In this document: one piece after another, positions 9,369 to 19,307 of the stretch | Numbering within the stretch: the first letter of the stretch is position 1 | Layout of the letters: the number at the start of each line of letters is the position of its first letter | IMG/VR virus record: IMGVR_UViG_2617270980_000003 | DNA from: a virus | Lineage: Duplodnaviria; Heunggongvirae; Uroviricota; Caudoviricetes | DNA length: 64,000 nt | Direction: 5' to 3' (one strand) | The notes under the pieces: model-generated | Told to the model about the DNA's origin: nothing | The model's input: the letters and a program-made list of their open reading frames with translations, nothing else | Databases searched by the model: none | Program-made: the position numbers and the translations under genes

Positions 9369-12300
9369 TACCGATATGCTCCACTTAACCGACCACCATC
9401 ACGGGCCTGCTGTTGCATAAAGTCCGCTGCCGCTTTTTTCCCAAGGTCATAAACCACCTTCAGGGCAGCCGGACCTATCTGCCCGTTCGTGCCATCGTTA
9501 TTGATCTCGATGTTGTACTGCGGGGCAAACATCGCCATACCTGAACCACCAATATCCGCCACAACCCCCAGCTTACCGTCAGCACCACGACGCAGTGGCA
9601 GAATGGCTTCAGGTCCAGCTTCCCCCATCACACCCGCGCCTTTTGCAAAAGCAAAAAACGTCGGACGGTTAACCACCGTGCCACTGTAACGACTCAAATC
9701 AGCAGACTGATAAATCCCCCCATTGGCATTCAGGGAAAGGCTGCTGAGATCAAATCCCAGTACACTGCCAATCCCTTTTATCGATTTCATCATGGTTGCC
9801 TGCGCCAGGATTTTCGCCATATCTGACAGCACCGAAGAGGTGAAGGATTTGAAGTTGAGTTTGCCGGTAGTGACAAAAGTTGCCAGGCCATTTCCCATGT
9901 TGCTGAAGGCTGATGAGAACCCCTGTTCTGCTGTTCCTGCCGTATTGTCTGCATCCACGGTAAAATCCTGAAATGCACGCAGGACTCCGTTTTTCCAGTT
10001 ACCCTGCACAACTTCAAGCTGTTGCCAGTAACGGCGATTCTCATTCAGTTGTCGGTTCAGGCTCTCCGTCAGCGCCTGCTCGGCCTTTCTGTAGTCATCC
10101 GTGTTATATGTCCCTTTCTGCTCACTATCCCGCCTCAACTGCTCCAGCTGTTGCTGGTATTTCTGGCGAAGACTCAGTTGTACCTGATATCGCTGCCGCT
10201 GCTGATCACCCATACCCACCGTGGCGATATCCAGGTCATGTTGCTGACGCTGAGCGCGCTCTTCTTCAGCCAGTTGACTGGTCAGCTGAATTGTTTTTTT
10301 CTTCAGATCGTTGAGTGCCGTTTGTTTCTGAAGCTCCTGCTGTTTTACATCCAGCAGCGTCAGTGCCTGAATCAGTTCATCTTTACGGGCCAGCACACTC
10401 TTTTCATCTGCCGTCAGTTTTTTCCCGTCCAGATCGCTGATGCGCTGCTGCAGAGCCAGAAGCTGTTTATGCGCTTCTGTCATCTTTTCAGTGGCAATGC
10501 CTGCTGACTGTCTTGCAGCAGCAATCTGTCCTTCCACCTGTGCCTGTTGCTGACTGTACTGCAGCAATAACCGGGTGGCCTCATCATTACGGGTTTCGCG
10601 TGTTTTTTTCTTACCGGATGCCAGGGCTTTCTCGTAACGTTCATTTTCACGTTGTATCGCCGCATCCCTGACAGCCTGGTCGGCGTACTGCATGGCATTA
10701 ATACGCGCAATTTCACGCTGATGTCGTGCTGCTTCCGTTTCATTCATCCGGTTCAGTGCAGCATTTTCAGCATTACGTCGTTTCTGTTGCTCCTGATAAT
10801 TCCGCTCTGCCTGCTCTTTTGCATCCTGCAAATCCTTCTGGCGTTTTTTCTCCTGAAGATCGTTAAGACGCTGCTGATCGTATTCAACCTGAGAAGATGA
10901 TGCCGTCCAGGGGAGTCTTTTCGCCCGCGACACTTTCTCCTGTAAAGCGGTAATCTGTTCATCCAGCGAGTCTTCACGACCAATATTCATGGCCGCATCC
11001 CAGAAACGACTCCACAAATCAGACAGATACTTCAGCGTACTGCCAAGCGCATTGAGGTTATTATCAATATCCGCAGTACGCCGACCGGTTTCCTCTGCCA
11101 GTGCAGACATGGCTATCCGTGCAGCATCACTGGACCGTCCCTGATCCCCAAGGACACGTATCTGCTCAAGCTGAGTGGCAGTAAGAAAATGCAGCTCATT
11201 GTCCAGAGCCTTCGCGGCATTTACAGGATCATCCTTCAGCCGCTTAAACTGATTTATGGTATCGCTGACCGACTGGCCAACCGATCGCTCCATCTGTGCG
11301 GCAGCTCTCGCCACCATACCGATATCGTTTCCACGAAATGCACCACTCCCCACCACCTGCGCCAACGCACCGGCTGCAGCATGTTGCGTGATACCATTCC
11401 CGGAAATAGCACGACTGAGCGTCCACAGCTGCCCGGCAGTGACTCCGGCATAATGCCCCGTCAGCGACAACTGGCGGTTAAATTCTTCCCCCTCCTTCTG
11501 ACCGTCATACCAGGCTTTACCCAGACCATAGACGGCCGCGGCAATACCGCCAATAACCCCGCCAAGCATCATGCCTTTCGGTGACATCAGTGTGTCTATC
11601 CATCCGGCACGGTTAGCCAGCGTTATCCCGGATCCCCTCAGCGCCCCTAAATTGCCGCGGGCCAGTTCACCTATCAGAACGCCTATCTCCTGGCGGGCTG
11701 CTGCACTTTTCAGACCCAGCGAATGCGTGGCTTTTCCTGCCTGCTCCATTTTGCGGATATACACTTCTGCAGCACTGCTTACCCCCAGCTGGGCTGCCTT
11801 GGCACGAAGCAACTCAGAAGATGAAAGATTCTGGCGGGTTGCCTGCTCTTTAAGCTGACGGATAAACGCCACTTTCTGTCGGGTAGCCTCTTCCTCAGCC
11901 TGTGTAAGAACACGGGTTTTCGCAGTAACCTCAGAAATCAGCGCCAGATAATCCTGCTGACCAATCCCGCCACTGTTTCTGGCCTGTCGGATCTGCTGCT
12001 GAATACGCTGTAATTCCTGCAGCCCCGCACTGGCCTGTTTCACACTGTCAATCTGACGATAAAACGCAGCAGCCGCTTTATCCTGAGCCTCCGCCAGAGC
12101 CATGGCCTGCGCCTGTTCCTCGCGCATTTTCTGGCTCAGCGCCTCCATGCGCTGGCGGGTTTTCTCCACCTCGCGGGCCATGCGTTCATGAGCCTGTGCG
12201 TTCTTCTCCACCGTCTGCGCATGGACGGATGCGGCTGTTGCAGCCGAAGAAGCCGCCTGCGTTGTCTGCCGGGCGGCCTGAGTCTGACGCTCCATAAAAC

Positions 12301-12433
12301 GCTGCATACGGGCAGAAGACCGTTCTGCATCGCTGGCTGCACCATTCAGAAGGTTTTTGATACGGGGAATTTCATTTTTAAACTCTGCCGCATCAATCCC
12401 CAAATCAATGACCAGGTTGGCTATCTGGTCCAT
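9368..12433 (-). CDS. H: tail tape measure protein (lambda H-like)
   Basis: About 1020 aa, coiled-coil/Ala-Gln rich, position between G/T and M; ATG at 12433 preceded by GGAGGTG, whereas the ORF-track start at 12463 is TTG. Confidence 0.85.
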   Translation of the reverse strand: MDQIANLVIDLGIDAAEFKNEIPRIKNLLNGAASDAERSSARMQRFMERQTQAARQTTQAASSAATAASVHAQTVEKNAQAHERMAREVEKTRQRMEALSQKMREEQAQAMALAEAQDKAAAAFYRQIDSVKQASAGLQELQRIQQQIRQARNSGGIGQQDYLALISEVTAKTRVLTQAEEEATRQKVAFIRQLKEQATRQNLSSSELLRAKAAQLGVSSAAEVYIRKMEQAGKATHSLGLKSAAARQEIGVLIGELARGNLGALRGSGITLANRAGWIDTLMSPKGMMLGGVIGGIAAAVYGLGKAWYDGQKEGEEFNRQLSLTGHYAGVTAGQLWTLSRAISGNGITQHAAAGALAQVVGSGAFRGNDIGMVARAAAQMERSVGQSVSDTINQFKRLKDDPVNAAKALDNELHFLTATQLEQIRVLGDQGRSSDAARIAMSALAEETGRRTADIDNNLNALGSTLKYLSDLWSRFWDAAMNIGREDSLDEQITALQEKVSRAKRLPWTASSSQVEYDQQRLNDLQEKKRQKDLQDAKEQAERNYQEQQKRRNAENAALNRMNETEAARHQREIARINAMQYADQAVRDAAIQRENERYEKALASGKKKTRETRNDEATRLLLQYSQQQAQVEGQIAAARQSAGIATEKMTEAHKQLLALQQRISDLDGKKLTADEKSVLARKDELIQALTLLDVKQQELQKQTALNDLKKKTIQLTSQLAEEERAQRQQHDLDIATVGMGDQQRQRYQVQLSLRQKYQQQLEQLRRDSEQKGTYNTDDYRKAEQALTESLNRQLNENRRYWQQLEVVQGNWKNGVLRAFQDFTVDADNTAGTAEQGFSSAFSNMGNGLATFVTTGKLNFKSFTSSVLSDMAKILAQATMMKSIKGIGSVLGFDLSSLSLNANGGIYQSADLSRYSGTVVNRPTFFAFAKGAGVMGEAGPEAILPLRRGADGKLGVVADIGGSGMAMFAPQYNIEINNDGTNGQIGPAALKVVYDLGKKAAADFMQQQARDGGRLSGAYR

Positions 12434-12734
12434 AACGCACACCTCCGGAAATACCTTCCCCAAGATGCATCAGTTCTTCGTCCGTTCGCTCCGGTATCCC
12501 GTTCTCTTCCGGTAAAAGGCTGAAATCAGCCACCGCAGCATCACTGCTGCCGGACACCATTCTCACGATCAATGCCTTCAGCGAGGCAAACTGCGCATCC
12601 ATCCACACATCACTGAAGCTCTGCATCCGGAAATAATCGCCCCACTCACCAAGCTCAGTGGCCGACATTTCCGACAGCATCCGCCGCCAGTCTGCCCGCC
12701 TGAACTCCCGGGCAAGCCGCATGACAAACTGCAT
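12405..12734 (-). CDS. T: T portion of tail assembly chaperone G-T, reached by -1 frameshift from G
   Basis: ORF in -1 frame relative to G, open from 12767, overlapping the G 3' end; position identical to lambda G/GT. Confidence 0.6.
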   Translation of the reverse strand: MQFVMRLAREFRRADWRRMLSEMSATELGEWGDYFRMQSFSDVWMDAQFASLKALIVRMVSGSSDAAVADFSLLPEENGIPERTDEELMHLGEGISGGVRYGPDSQPGH

Positions 12735-12742
12735 TTCCCGCG

Positions 12743-13132
12743 TCAGGACTTTTCCGGCGTCAGCACCTCATGCTCCAAATCCCCGGCATTCTCAATGGCT
12801 CCCATACCGCTCAGCGACAGAACCATCTCCGCCCCCGCTCCCAGGGCATCATACGACCATGTTGTAATAACGGATGCGCAAAGCGTCTCAACATCCTGAG
12901 ACTGTTCCGCATTCCACAGTGAGCGGGAAACCAGCCAGGCATTGATATCCATCCCCATCCGTAGAAAAGCAATCTGTCGTTCAGCCTCCGGCAGTTCTCC
13001 CTCTTCGGCATCAAACTTTGCCGCTCGCTGCTGAACAAACGCCAGATATTCAATTCTCTGCAGCCCGGACAGCTCACTGAGCACCACGGACTGCTTTTCA
13101 TAATTAAACGTGCCCTGTTTCAGAAACATCAT
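12743..13132 (-). CDS. G: tail assembly chaperone G
   Basis: MFLKQGTFNYEKQSVVLSELSGLQRIEYLA matches lambda gpG N-terminus as recalled; upstream of T ORF. Confidence 0.8.
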   Translation of the reverse strand: MMFLKQGTFNYEKQSVVLSELSGLQRIEYLAFVQQRAAKFDAEEGELPEAERQIAFLRMGMDINAWLVSRSLWNAEQSQDVETLCASVITTWSYDALGAGAEMVLSLSGMGAIENAGDLEHEVLTPEKS

Positions 13133-13189
13133 GTTCTCCACCTGCAAAAAAGCCCCGGATAACCGGGGCAAATGATGAGTATCGTCCTG

Positions 13190-13932
13190 TTAACCTGCGG
13201 CGCTGACAGCCACCGTAGCCACTGCCACAAAATCGCCGTCAGAAGTCATGCCCACAATGCTGACACTGCCCTGCTTCACGCCTTTCACCGTGGCCACAAG
13301 CCCGTTCAGGGTCACCGTGGCAGTCTGTGGATCTGTCGAATGCACACTGATCGCTTTGTCACTGGCTCCGTCAGGTTTTACTGTAAAGGTCAGCGTGGTG
13401 GTTGCTCCCACTTTTACACTGGCAGATGCCGGTGCCACCGTCAGCCCGGTAACGCCCACGATTTCAGTGCCTTCCTCTGCCAGATACGGACGCCCCACAC
13501 CGCTGATTTTCACTGTGCGGGTCATCACGTCTTTTGAGGCAATGGTTTTACCCAGTGAACTCAGCCAGCCACGGAAAACATCAACAGTACCGTTGGGATA
13601 TTTGATACGAAAAGCGCAGACTTCACCGGAGTCGAACAACTGAACCAGTTTTTTCTGCCCGCTGTCCCCCGGACGCCAGGCCAGCGTCGCCGAAGTATCA
13701 CCGACTGATTTCTGCCCCTGGGTTGTCGTTTTCCAGTCTGCATTTTCATCATCGAGATAAGTGTCATCTTCTGCATCAGCGGTCATTTCGCCAGGTTGCA
13801 GATCCTTCACCATCGCAAGACGCAGCCAGTCAGTGTCCGATAAAGGGTTCGCAAACGCATCGCCCTTGCCGGTATACATCCAGAACGTCGTTCCCGCACC
13901 TTTCGTTTTTGCCAGTGGATTTGGTGTGTCAT
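13190..13932 (-). CDS. V: major tail protein V with C-terminal Ig-like domain; apparent frameshift at codon 2
   Basis: Body matches lambda gpV as recalled; AAGGAGGT-ATG at 13930-13932 is out of frame with the body, and conserved N-terminal residues lie upstream of the first in-frame ATG (13877-13879). Confidence 0.7.
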
Positions 13933-13942
13933 TACCACCTCC

Positions 13943-14356
13943 TTAATTCGTGTACGTGATCTGGTACGTGATTTCCGCCATCGCCCAGGTGGCCATCTCA
14001 TTATCACGTTGATAGTTAAAACCGAGTGGGATCAGGGTGTCGATGAGTCCGGAAAGTGCTGGTACATCATTCAGGGCCGGGAAAATGGTGCTCTCCATCC
14101 ACATATCCAGCTCTGAATCCGGTGCCTGTGCCCGGATGAAGACAGCAATATGCAGAACAGCCTGCCAGTCATCTTCATCCGTCATTTTTCCGGTGTACTG
14201 AGCATCACTCAGCCACACCGCCACGGCAGGCAGTTCCTGCGCATCAACAAATGCCGGAAGCCCGTCAAAAAACGTGGCGCTGTCTCCACACTGTTCCCGA
14301 AGGCGTGCCAGTACGACCTGGCGGATTTGTGTATGTCGGTTCATCGGGTCAGCCAT
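13943..14356 (-). CDS. U: tail terminator protein U
   Basis: 137 aa; ATFFDG...FPAVAVWL...DSELD.WMES motifs match lambda gpU as recalled. Confidence 0.85.
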   Translation of the reverse strand: MADPMNRHTQIRQVVLARLREQCGDSATFFDGLPAFVDAQELPAVAVWLSDAQYTGKMTDEDDWQAVLHIAVFIRAQAPDSELDMWMESTIFPALNDVPALSGLIDTLIPLGFNYQRDNEMATWAMAEITYQITYTN

Positions 14357-14919
14357 AACCTCAGTTGTTGTTTCAGTGCATACCCCAGCTGTTTCGGCAT
14401 TTCCGCAGCAATGATGCGGTCGCGGGCATCTTCAAATGTCTGTGTCAGCGGTCCGGACAGCGGGATTTTCACCACATCAATGGGGTAACGATTTTTGCCA
14501 TCAATACGCCGCATCACATGCCAGCGACCATTCGCCAGTTGCTGAATAAACGCATCCCGGAAAAGATATTTACCCACCTTCAGCACACTGCCACGGTACT
14601 GCAGTTTTCCACCACGCCGGGCCAGTCTGACCCGGGCTGTCCCCAGCTTAATGGCAGGCAGATTGCCCCGGTTAACGCGGATCCTGGCCGTCATTTTTCC
14701 TGACGGACTGGCTTTAAACACCCGGACACGCTGACGTACCAGTTTCAGGGGGATCCCTTTCACCTGGTTATCTCCCGCAACGGTATTCCCGGCAACCTGC
14801 CGGGTGGCAACCGAGACCGCTTTCTGTGCCACACGGTTTATCGCCCATGCGCTGGCCTGTGGCACCATACGGGTATCAAGGCTGTTCAGATTGCGGATGG
14901 CATTCTCAAGCCCCTTCAT
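14341..14919 (-). CDS. Z: tail completion protein Z
   Basis: 192 aa; KGLENAI...NRYPIDVVKIP...LGYALKQQLR matches lambda gpZ as recalled. Confidence 0.85.
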   Translation of the reverse strand: MKGLENAIRNLNSLDTRMVPQASAWAINRVAQKAVSVATRQVAGNTVAGDNQVKGIPLKLVRQRVRVFKASPSGKMTARIRVNRGNLPAIKLGTARVRLARRGGKLQYRGSVLKVGKYLFRDAFIQQLANGRWHVMRRIDGKNRYPIDVVKIPLSGPLTQTFEDARDRIIAAEMPKQLGYALKQQLRLWLTR

Positions 14920-14930
14920 CCCACACCTCT

Positions 14931-15206
14931 TTACTCAATAAAGATCATTGGCTTACCGTTAAAGCGTTCATGCCGTGTGACCGTCCATTGTTGTCCGTCA
15001 TAAACAACGCGATCACCGCGCCGTGGGCGGTATCCCGAAGAAAACACCACCAGAGAGACCGCAGGTCCGGACAGAGCATTCAGCTCTGCCAGTGTTTCTC
15101 CCGGGATCACAGTCATATCGACATCATTAATCGAGGCTGTCTTTCCCATCTTTCTGACCGTGATAGCATCCATACGCGCTGCCAGCCGGGAAAAGGGATC
15201 AGACAT
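14931..15206 (-). CDS. head-tail joining protein (lambda FII-like)
   Basis: 91 aa at the FII position; RRGD...W.V.R motif resembles lambda gpFII. Confidence 0.65.
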   Translation of the reverse strand: MSDPFSRLAARMDAITVRKMGKTASINDVDMTVIPGETLAELNALSGPAVSLVVFSSGYRPRRGDRVVYDGQQWTVTRHERFNGKPMIFIE

Positions 15207-15522
15207 TGAGTTTTACCGGCACTTCTTCTGCACTGGTTCCGGCATCTGCCCAGACAACCCCGACCAGCGGATCAGAGCCGCTGTTAGTCAGCTGAATTTT
15301 TCCGGACTTCAGATAAACCTTCTTACCCGTTTTCATGTCATCCGTTTTCAGCTTAGGCAGCATAAACACACCTTCGGTCATGCCGTCGCCTGTTTCACCC
15401 TGTGGAATATCGGTCAGCGCCACCGCAAAAACATCGCCCACCTGCACCAGATCTCCGCTGCTGATGGCTGCACTGGCAACAATCGCCACCGTTTTTCCTT
15501 CTTCTACAAAATTCTTTGCCAT
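15199..15522 (-). CDS. DUF2190-like small head-associated protein
   Basis: About 108 aa immediately downstream of the capsid gene; resembles the small protein found next to capsid genes in many enterobacterial prophages. Confidence 0.5.
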   Translation of the reverse strand: MAKNFVEEGKTVAIVASAAISSGDLVQVGDVFAVALTDIPQGETGDGMTEGVFMLPKLKTDDMKTGKKVYLKSGKIQLTNSGSDPLVGVVWADAGTSAEEVPVKLNV

Positions 15523-15608
15523 AACTGTCTCCGCACAGCCCCGTTCAGGGGCTGATTTCAGGTACAAAAAAAGCCCTTACGGGCCATCAGAGTTGTTGTC
15601 TGCGACGT

Positions 15609-17567
15609 TTACGCCGTACATTTAACCAGACCGCGGTGATCAACTGGCGCGACACCGGCGTCAATACGCACTTTCGTTGTCACGCCATCCACACTGAAGC
15701 CCTCCATCTGATCAATATATGGCGTATCCACACCGTTAAGATAAGCCACTTCAATCGTATCGGAGCCTTTTGACGCAGCCAGGTAGAAGGTGATCTGGCT
15801 GTTATCATCAAGACGAGGCTCTGCAATAACGGTCGCAAAATCTTTCACCGGGTTAATAATACCGGCGTTAATGTCAGCCCCCTTGACACTTGAGGAGCGA
15901 ATGACCTGGTTAGCAACAGACTCCATCGCCGTCGGTACCAGTACGAACGCAGGACGAATATTCAGATGACGCTCCCCCTCTTTCTGAACGCGCATCAACT
16001 GGCGGGCTTTATCCAGCGATGCCACGTCCATTGCAGCGCTCTCCAGTACGTTTGCATGTTTCGCTTTATCGAACAGACTTACATTATCTGTGGAGATTTT
16101 CGGGTTAGACGTCAGAATGGCATAAACCAGATCGGCAATAGTGGATTTCGCCGCACGGCCCAGTTTCATCGGGACATCGGTCAGCATATTCAGATCATCA
16201 TTGATAATGGCCTGACGGGTGATACTGAACAGCTCGCCATAGGTCGCCAGTGCAATAGTGGCCTGTTTATCTCCGGTGGTGACGTATTTATATTCCGCCC
16301 CTTCACGCACCTGACGCAGAGCACTGAAGCCCCCCATACCCACACGATGGGCAATTTTAAAATCAGACAACTGACCTTTCCGCGTCCACTGTTCATAGGT
16401 TTCAGGGGCATCTTCCCAGCCCTGCAGAATGGCTTTGTTCGCAACATCCAGCAGAATATTACCGAAGTCAGACGTACTGTGTGTGAACGCCGCACCGACC
16501 ATCTGCATCGGGTTATAACCGGAAACCCCAATACCCCGTTCAGTTAGTGACATACGGGCATATTCACGCAGGGTCATCCCGTTGTAGACATTATCACGTT
16601 CGGTTTTTTCAAATCCGGCACGCGCCATCAGCGCCTGGCGAATCCCGTCCCCCACAAAATTACCGTTACCGGCATAAATATGAGCCGGGGTATTTTTATT
16701 GGATGGCGTGGACTCGCGCCCCATCTCGTTCAACAGCTTTTCACGGGCCTGCTCCAGCGAACATTCAGGATCGGCAAGACACTGAGCCTGCAGCGTCTGA
16801 TAACGCCCGCCAAACATGGCAAACAGATCACTAATACCGTTTACACGCGCTTTTTGCTCTGCCAGTACCTGCGCACGGATGCTGTTTTCATCCACCACGG
16901 GTGCTGCTGCCTGCACTGGCGTCCGGGAGGCTTCAGATTCATTATCCTGTACGCGTGGAGCACTGTTGCGTGGCGGAGTAATCATGTTTCGAATGGATTC
17001 CGGCATCTTTTTAAATTCCTCTGTACGTTTTGACTGAATACATGCCATTGCCTTAACGGCTGGCGTTACCTGATCAGCAAATCCATGTGCCAGACATTCG
17101 GCACCGGACATCCAGGTCTCATCCGCCAGCATGGCAGCAATTTCATCGGTGGTTTTCCCGGTTTTCTGTGCATAAGCGGGTAACAGAACCGCCTCAACTT
17201 TATCGAGTAGGTCGGCATAGGTGCGCATGTCCTCCGCATCACCGCCCGTAAAGCCAAATGGTTTATGAATCATCATGAAGGTGTTTTCCGGCATAATGAC
17301 CGGGTTTCCTACCATCGCAATGACCGACGCCATTGACGCCGCCACACCGTCGACATAAACGGTAATGGACGCACCATGTGTTTTCAGCGCATTAAAAATG
17401 GCGATGCCTTCAAAGACATCGCCACCCGGTGAATTAATATGGAGATTAATGTGGGTGATATCGCCCAGTGCATTCAGATCACTGATAAACTGCTTCGCTG
17501 TAACACCCCAGAAACCAATCTCGTCATAAATATAAATATCCGCGTCACTCTGGTGACCAGCCTGCAT
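15609..17567 (-). CDS. prohead protease (ClpP/S14-like) fused to scaffold-like linker and HK97-fold major capsid protein
   Basis: N-terminal ClpP-like block (IYIYDEIGFWG...INSPGGDVFEG...SMASVIAMVG), long C-terminal capsid-like region; ATG at 17567 just after portal stop (ORF track extends further into portal). Confidence 0.75.
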   Translation of the reverse strand: MQAGHQSDADIYIYDEIGFWGVTAKQFISDLNALGDITHINLHINSPGGDVFEGIAIFNALKTHGASITVYVDGVAASMASVIAMVGNPVIMPENTFMMIHKPFGFTGGDAEDMRTYADLLDKVEAVLLPAYAQKTGKTTDEIAAMLADETWMSGAECLAHGFADQVTPAVKAMACIQSKRTEEFKKMPESIRNMITPPRNSAPRVQDNESEASRTPVQAAAPVVDENSIRAQVLAEQKARVNGISDLFAMFGGRYQTLQAQCLADPECSLEQAREKLLNEMGRESTPSNKNTPAHIYAGNGNFVGDGIRQALMARAGFEKTERDNVYNGMTLREYARMSLTERGIGVSGYNPMQMVGAAFTHSTSDFGNILLDVANKAILQGWEDAPETYEQWTRKGQLSDFKIAHRVGMGGFSALRQVREGAEYKYVTTGDKQATIALATYGELFSITRQAIINDDLNMLTDVPMKLGRAAKSTIADLVYAILTSNPKISTDNVSLFDKAKHANVLESAAMDVASLDKARQLMRVQKEGERHLNIRPAFVLVPTAMESVANQVIRSSSVKGADINAGIINPVKDFATVIAEPRLDDNSQITFYLAASKGSDTIEVAYLNGVDTPYIDQMEGFSVDGVTTKVRIDAGVAPVDHRGLVKCTA

Positions 17568-17580
17568 CCTGAACCAGGAA

Positions 17581-19089
17581 TTATTCTTCGGGCTGGTCGT
17601 CGGTGTGCTGCGGCTCCTGTCGTTTCGTTGCGGCACTACTGCCTCCTTTATCACTGGCCGGATCGGTATCAAATACCAGATCCAGCTTGCGGTTTTCATC
17701 AATTTCGGCCTTGCGCCGACGTTTGACATCATCCGGATTACGACCACCAGCACGTACCCAGTCTGATTCTGTCGCCGCTCCACCACGAATCTGGATTTTC
17801 CAGGCCTCAGCCTCCTTAACAGGGTCAATCCACGGCATCACTGGTCCGGAATACACCGCGGTATACAGTGAAGAACGGTCAAGATCGCGGGGTAGCCTGA
17901 TAACACCGGATGCCACAGCCTGTTTCAGCCATGCACGATACATCGGGCGGGTGACGGCACCAATAAACCAGTCCTGCAGGATCAGGTAGCCATCAGTGGA
18001 TTCAACCAGCTCCTGACGCTGGGCGCTGTAAGTGCCGTTATAGTTGCGCGCTGTACTGGAAAAACTCAGACGACTGCCCGCCGCCACGGCACGCAACTGA
18101 CCATTACGAAAAGTTTCAAGGTTAGGATTGGGGCGATCCGACTTCACCATTCCGATTTCTTCGCCGGGTTTCAGATCGTCGTAAATAATGCCCGGCTGAA
18201 TGGTAAGCTCACGTTCATTCTCCTTTCTGCCATTACCATCCGGTTCATAGCTCTGCCCGTCGCCTTTCCGGATGTACATCCCCAGAGCAGCGGCGATCCT
18301 TGCTGCAGTCAGCTCAGAATCTTCATATTCTTTCAGGGCACTGAGGCGGATCAGCACACCGGACAACAAAGACGTCCCGCGCATCTGGTGCAGACGGCGA
18401 ACAAATTTAAGATGCAGCATTCGCTCTGCATCCACTTCTTTGGTTTCCATCTGCCGTCCGGATACGGGACGGCTTTTATACACCAGATATTTTTCGGGAC
18501 GCCCCCAGTCATCAACAAACACGCCCTGATTCAGCCTGTTGCTCTCATCACTGGTCATGGGAATAAAGTCCGGCTCGAGCGCCTCCAGCCAGAAATGAAC
18601 ACCGGCAGAAGGCGCCAGGCTGTTTATGCGCCCGGAAACCATCTGGGCAAACACCTCACCATCGCGCAGCCAGGTACGAAGCATCAGACGTTCCAGCATC
18701 GGACGGGTAAACTGCCCGGTGACTTCCGGGCTGACAGACCATTCACTCCATCGGGTGCGAATCTCCGCAGCCAGGTCACGGGCAATGGCCCCATTGCGTA
18801 ATACCGGATGTGGCTCGACAATAATCCCGTTTTTCCCCACCACCCGTTCTTCCAGCTTATCAAATACACCAATAACCAGATCGTGGTTGTTATCAAGGTA
18901 ACGGGCCTGCTCACGTAACGACACGGCCCCGTACTGGCTTAACTGGTCGGCAGTTCGGTTCTCCCGTCGGGCTTTGTGTGTCCGCGTCGTTTTTACGGCC
19001 TCATAAGCCTGGATCACCGCACGGGAACGCAGCCTTGCCGCTTTCCATCCTGGTGAAAAAACGCCAATCACATCATCAAGAATTGCCAT
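17581..19089 (-). CDS. portal protein (lambda B-like)
   Basis: About 500 aa between gpW-like gene and protease-capsid gene; start MAILDD overlaps W stop. Confidence 0.8.
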   Translation of the reverse strand: MAILDDVIGVFSPGWKAARLRSRAVIQAYEAVKTTRTHKARRENRTADQLSQYGAVSLREQARYLDNNHDLVIGVFDKLEERVVGKNGIIVEPHPVLRNGAIARDLAAEIRTRWSEWSVSPEVTGQFTRPMLERLMLRTWLRDGEVFAQMVSGRINSLAPSAGVHFWLEALEPDFIPMTSDESNRLNQGVFVDDWGRPEKYLVYKSRPVSGRQMETKEVDAERMLHLKFVRRLHQMRGTSLLSGVLIRLSALKEYEDSELTAARIAAALGMYIRKGDGQSYEPDGNGRKENERELTIQPGIIYDDLKPGEEIGMVKSDRPNPNLETFRNGQLRAVAAGSRLSFSSTARNYNGTYSAQRQELVESTDGYLILQDWFIGAVTRPMYRAWLKQAVASGVIRLPRDLDRSSLYTAVYSGPVMPWIDPVKEAEAWKIQIRGGAATESDWVRAGGRNPDDVKRRRKAEIDENRKLDLVFDTDPASDKGGSSAATKRQEPQHTDDQPEE

Positions 19090-19307
19090 CAGAACCTCGC
19101 CAGCCGGTACCCGGGATGCCCCCGTCGTCGTGTAATCAGAGCCGCAAGGCGGCGCTCCCACTCCTGCCGTCCCTGCCGGATCTCAGATAAGTTTTCCATG
19201 GTCATCTGCTGACCATTAAAGGTGACGGATTTTCCGTCCAGCACCGCCATTTCAGCTTCCGTATAACGCTGAATCATGGCTTCGATATCATTCTGGTTCA
19301 TAACCAT
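19089..19307 (-). CDS. head-tail joining protein (lambda W-like)
   Basis: 72 aa between terminase large subunit and portal, as in lambda. Confidence 0.6.
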   Translation of the reverse strand: MVMNQNDIEAMIQRYTEAEMAVLDGKSVTFNGQQMTMENLSEIRQGRQEWERRLAALITRRRGHPGYRLARF

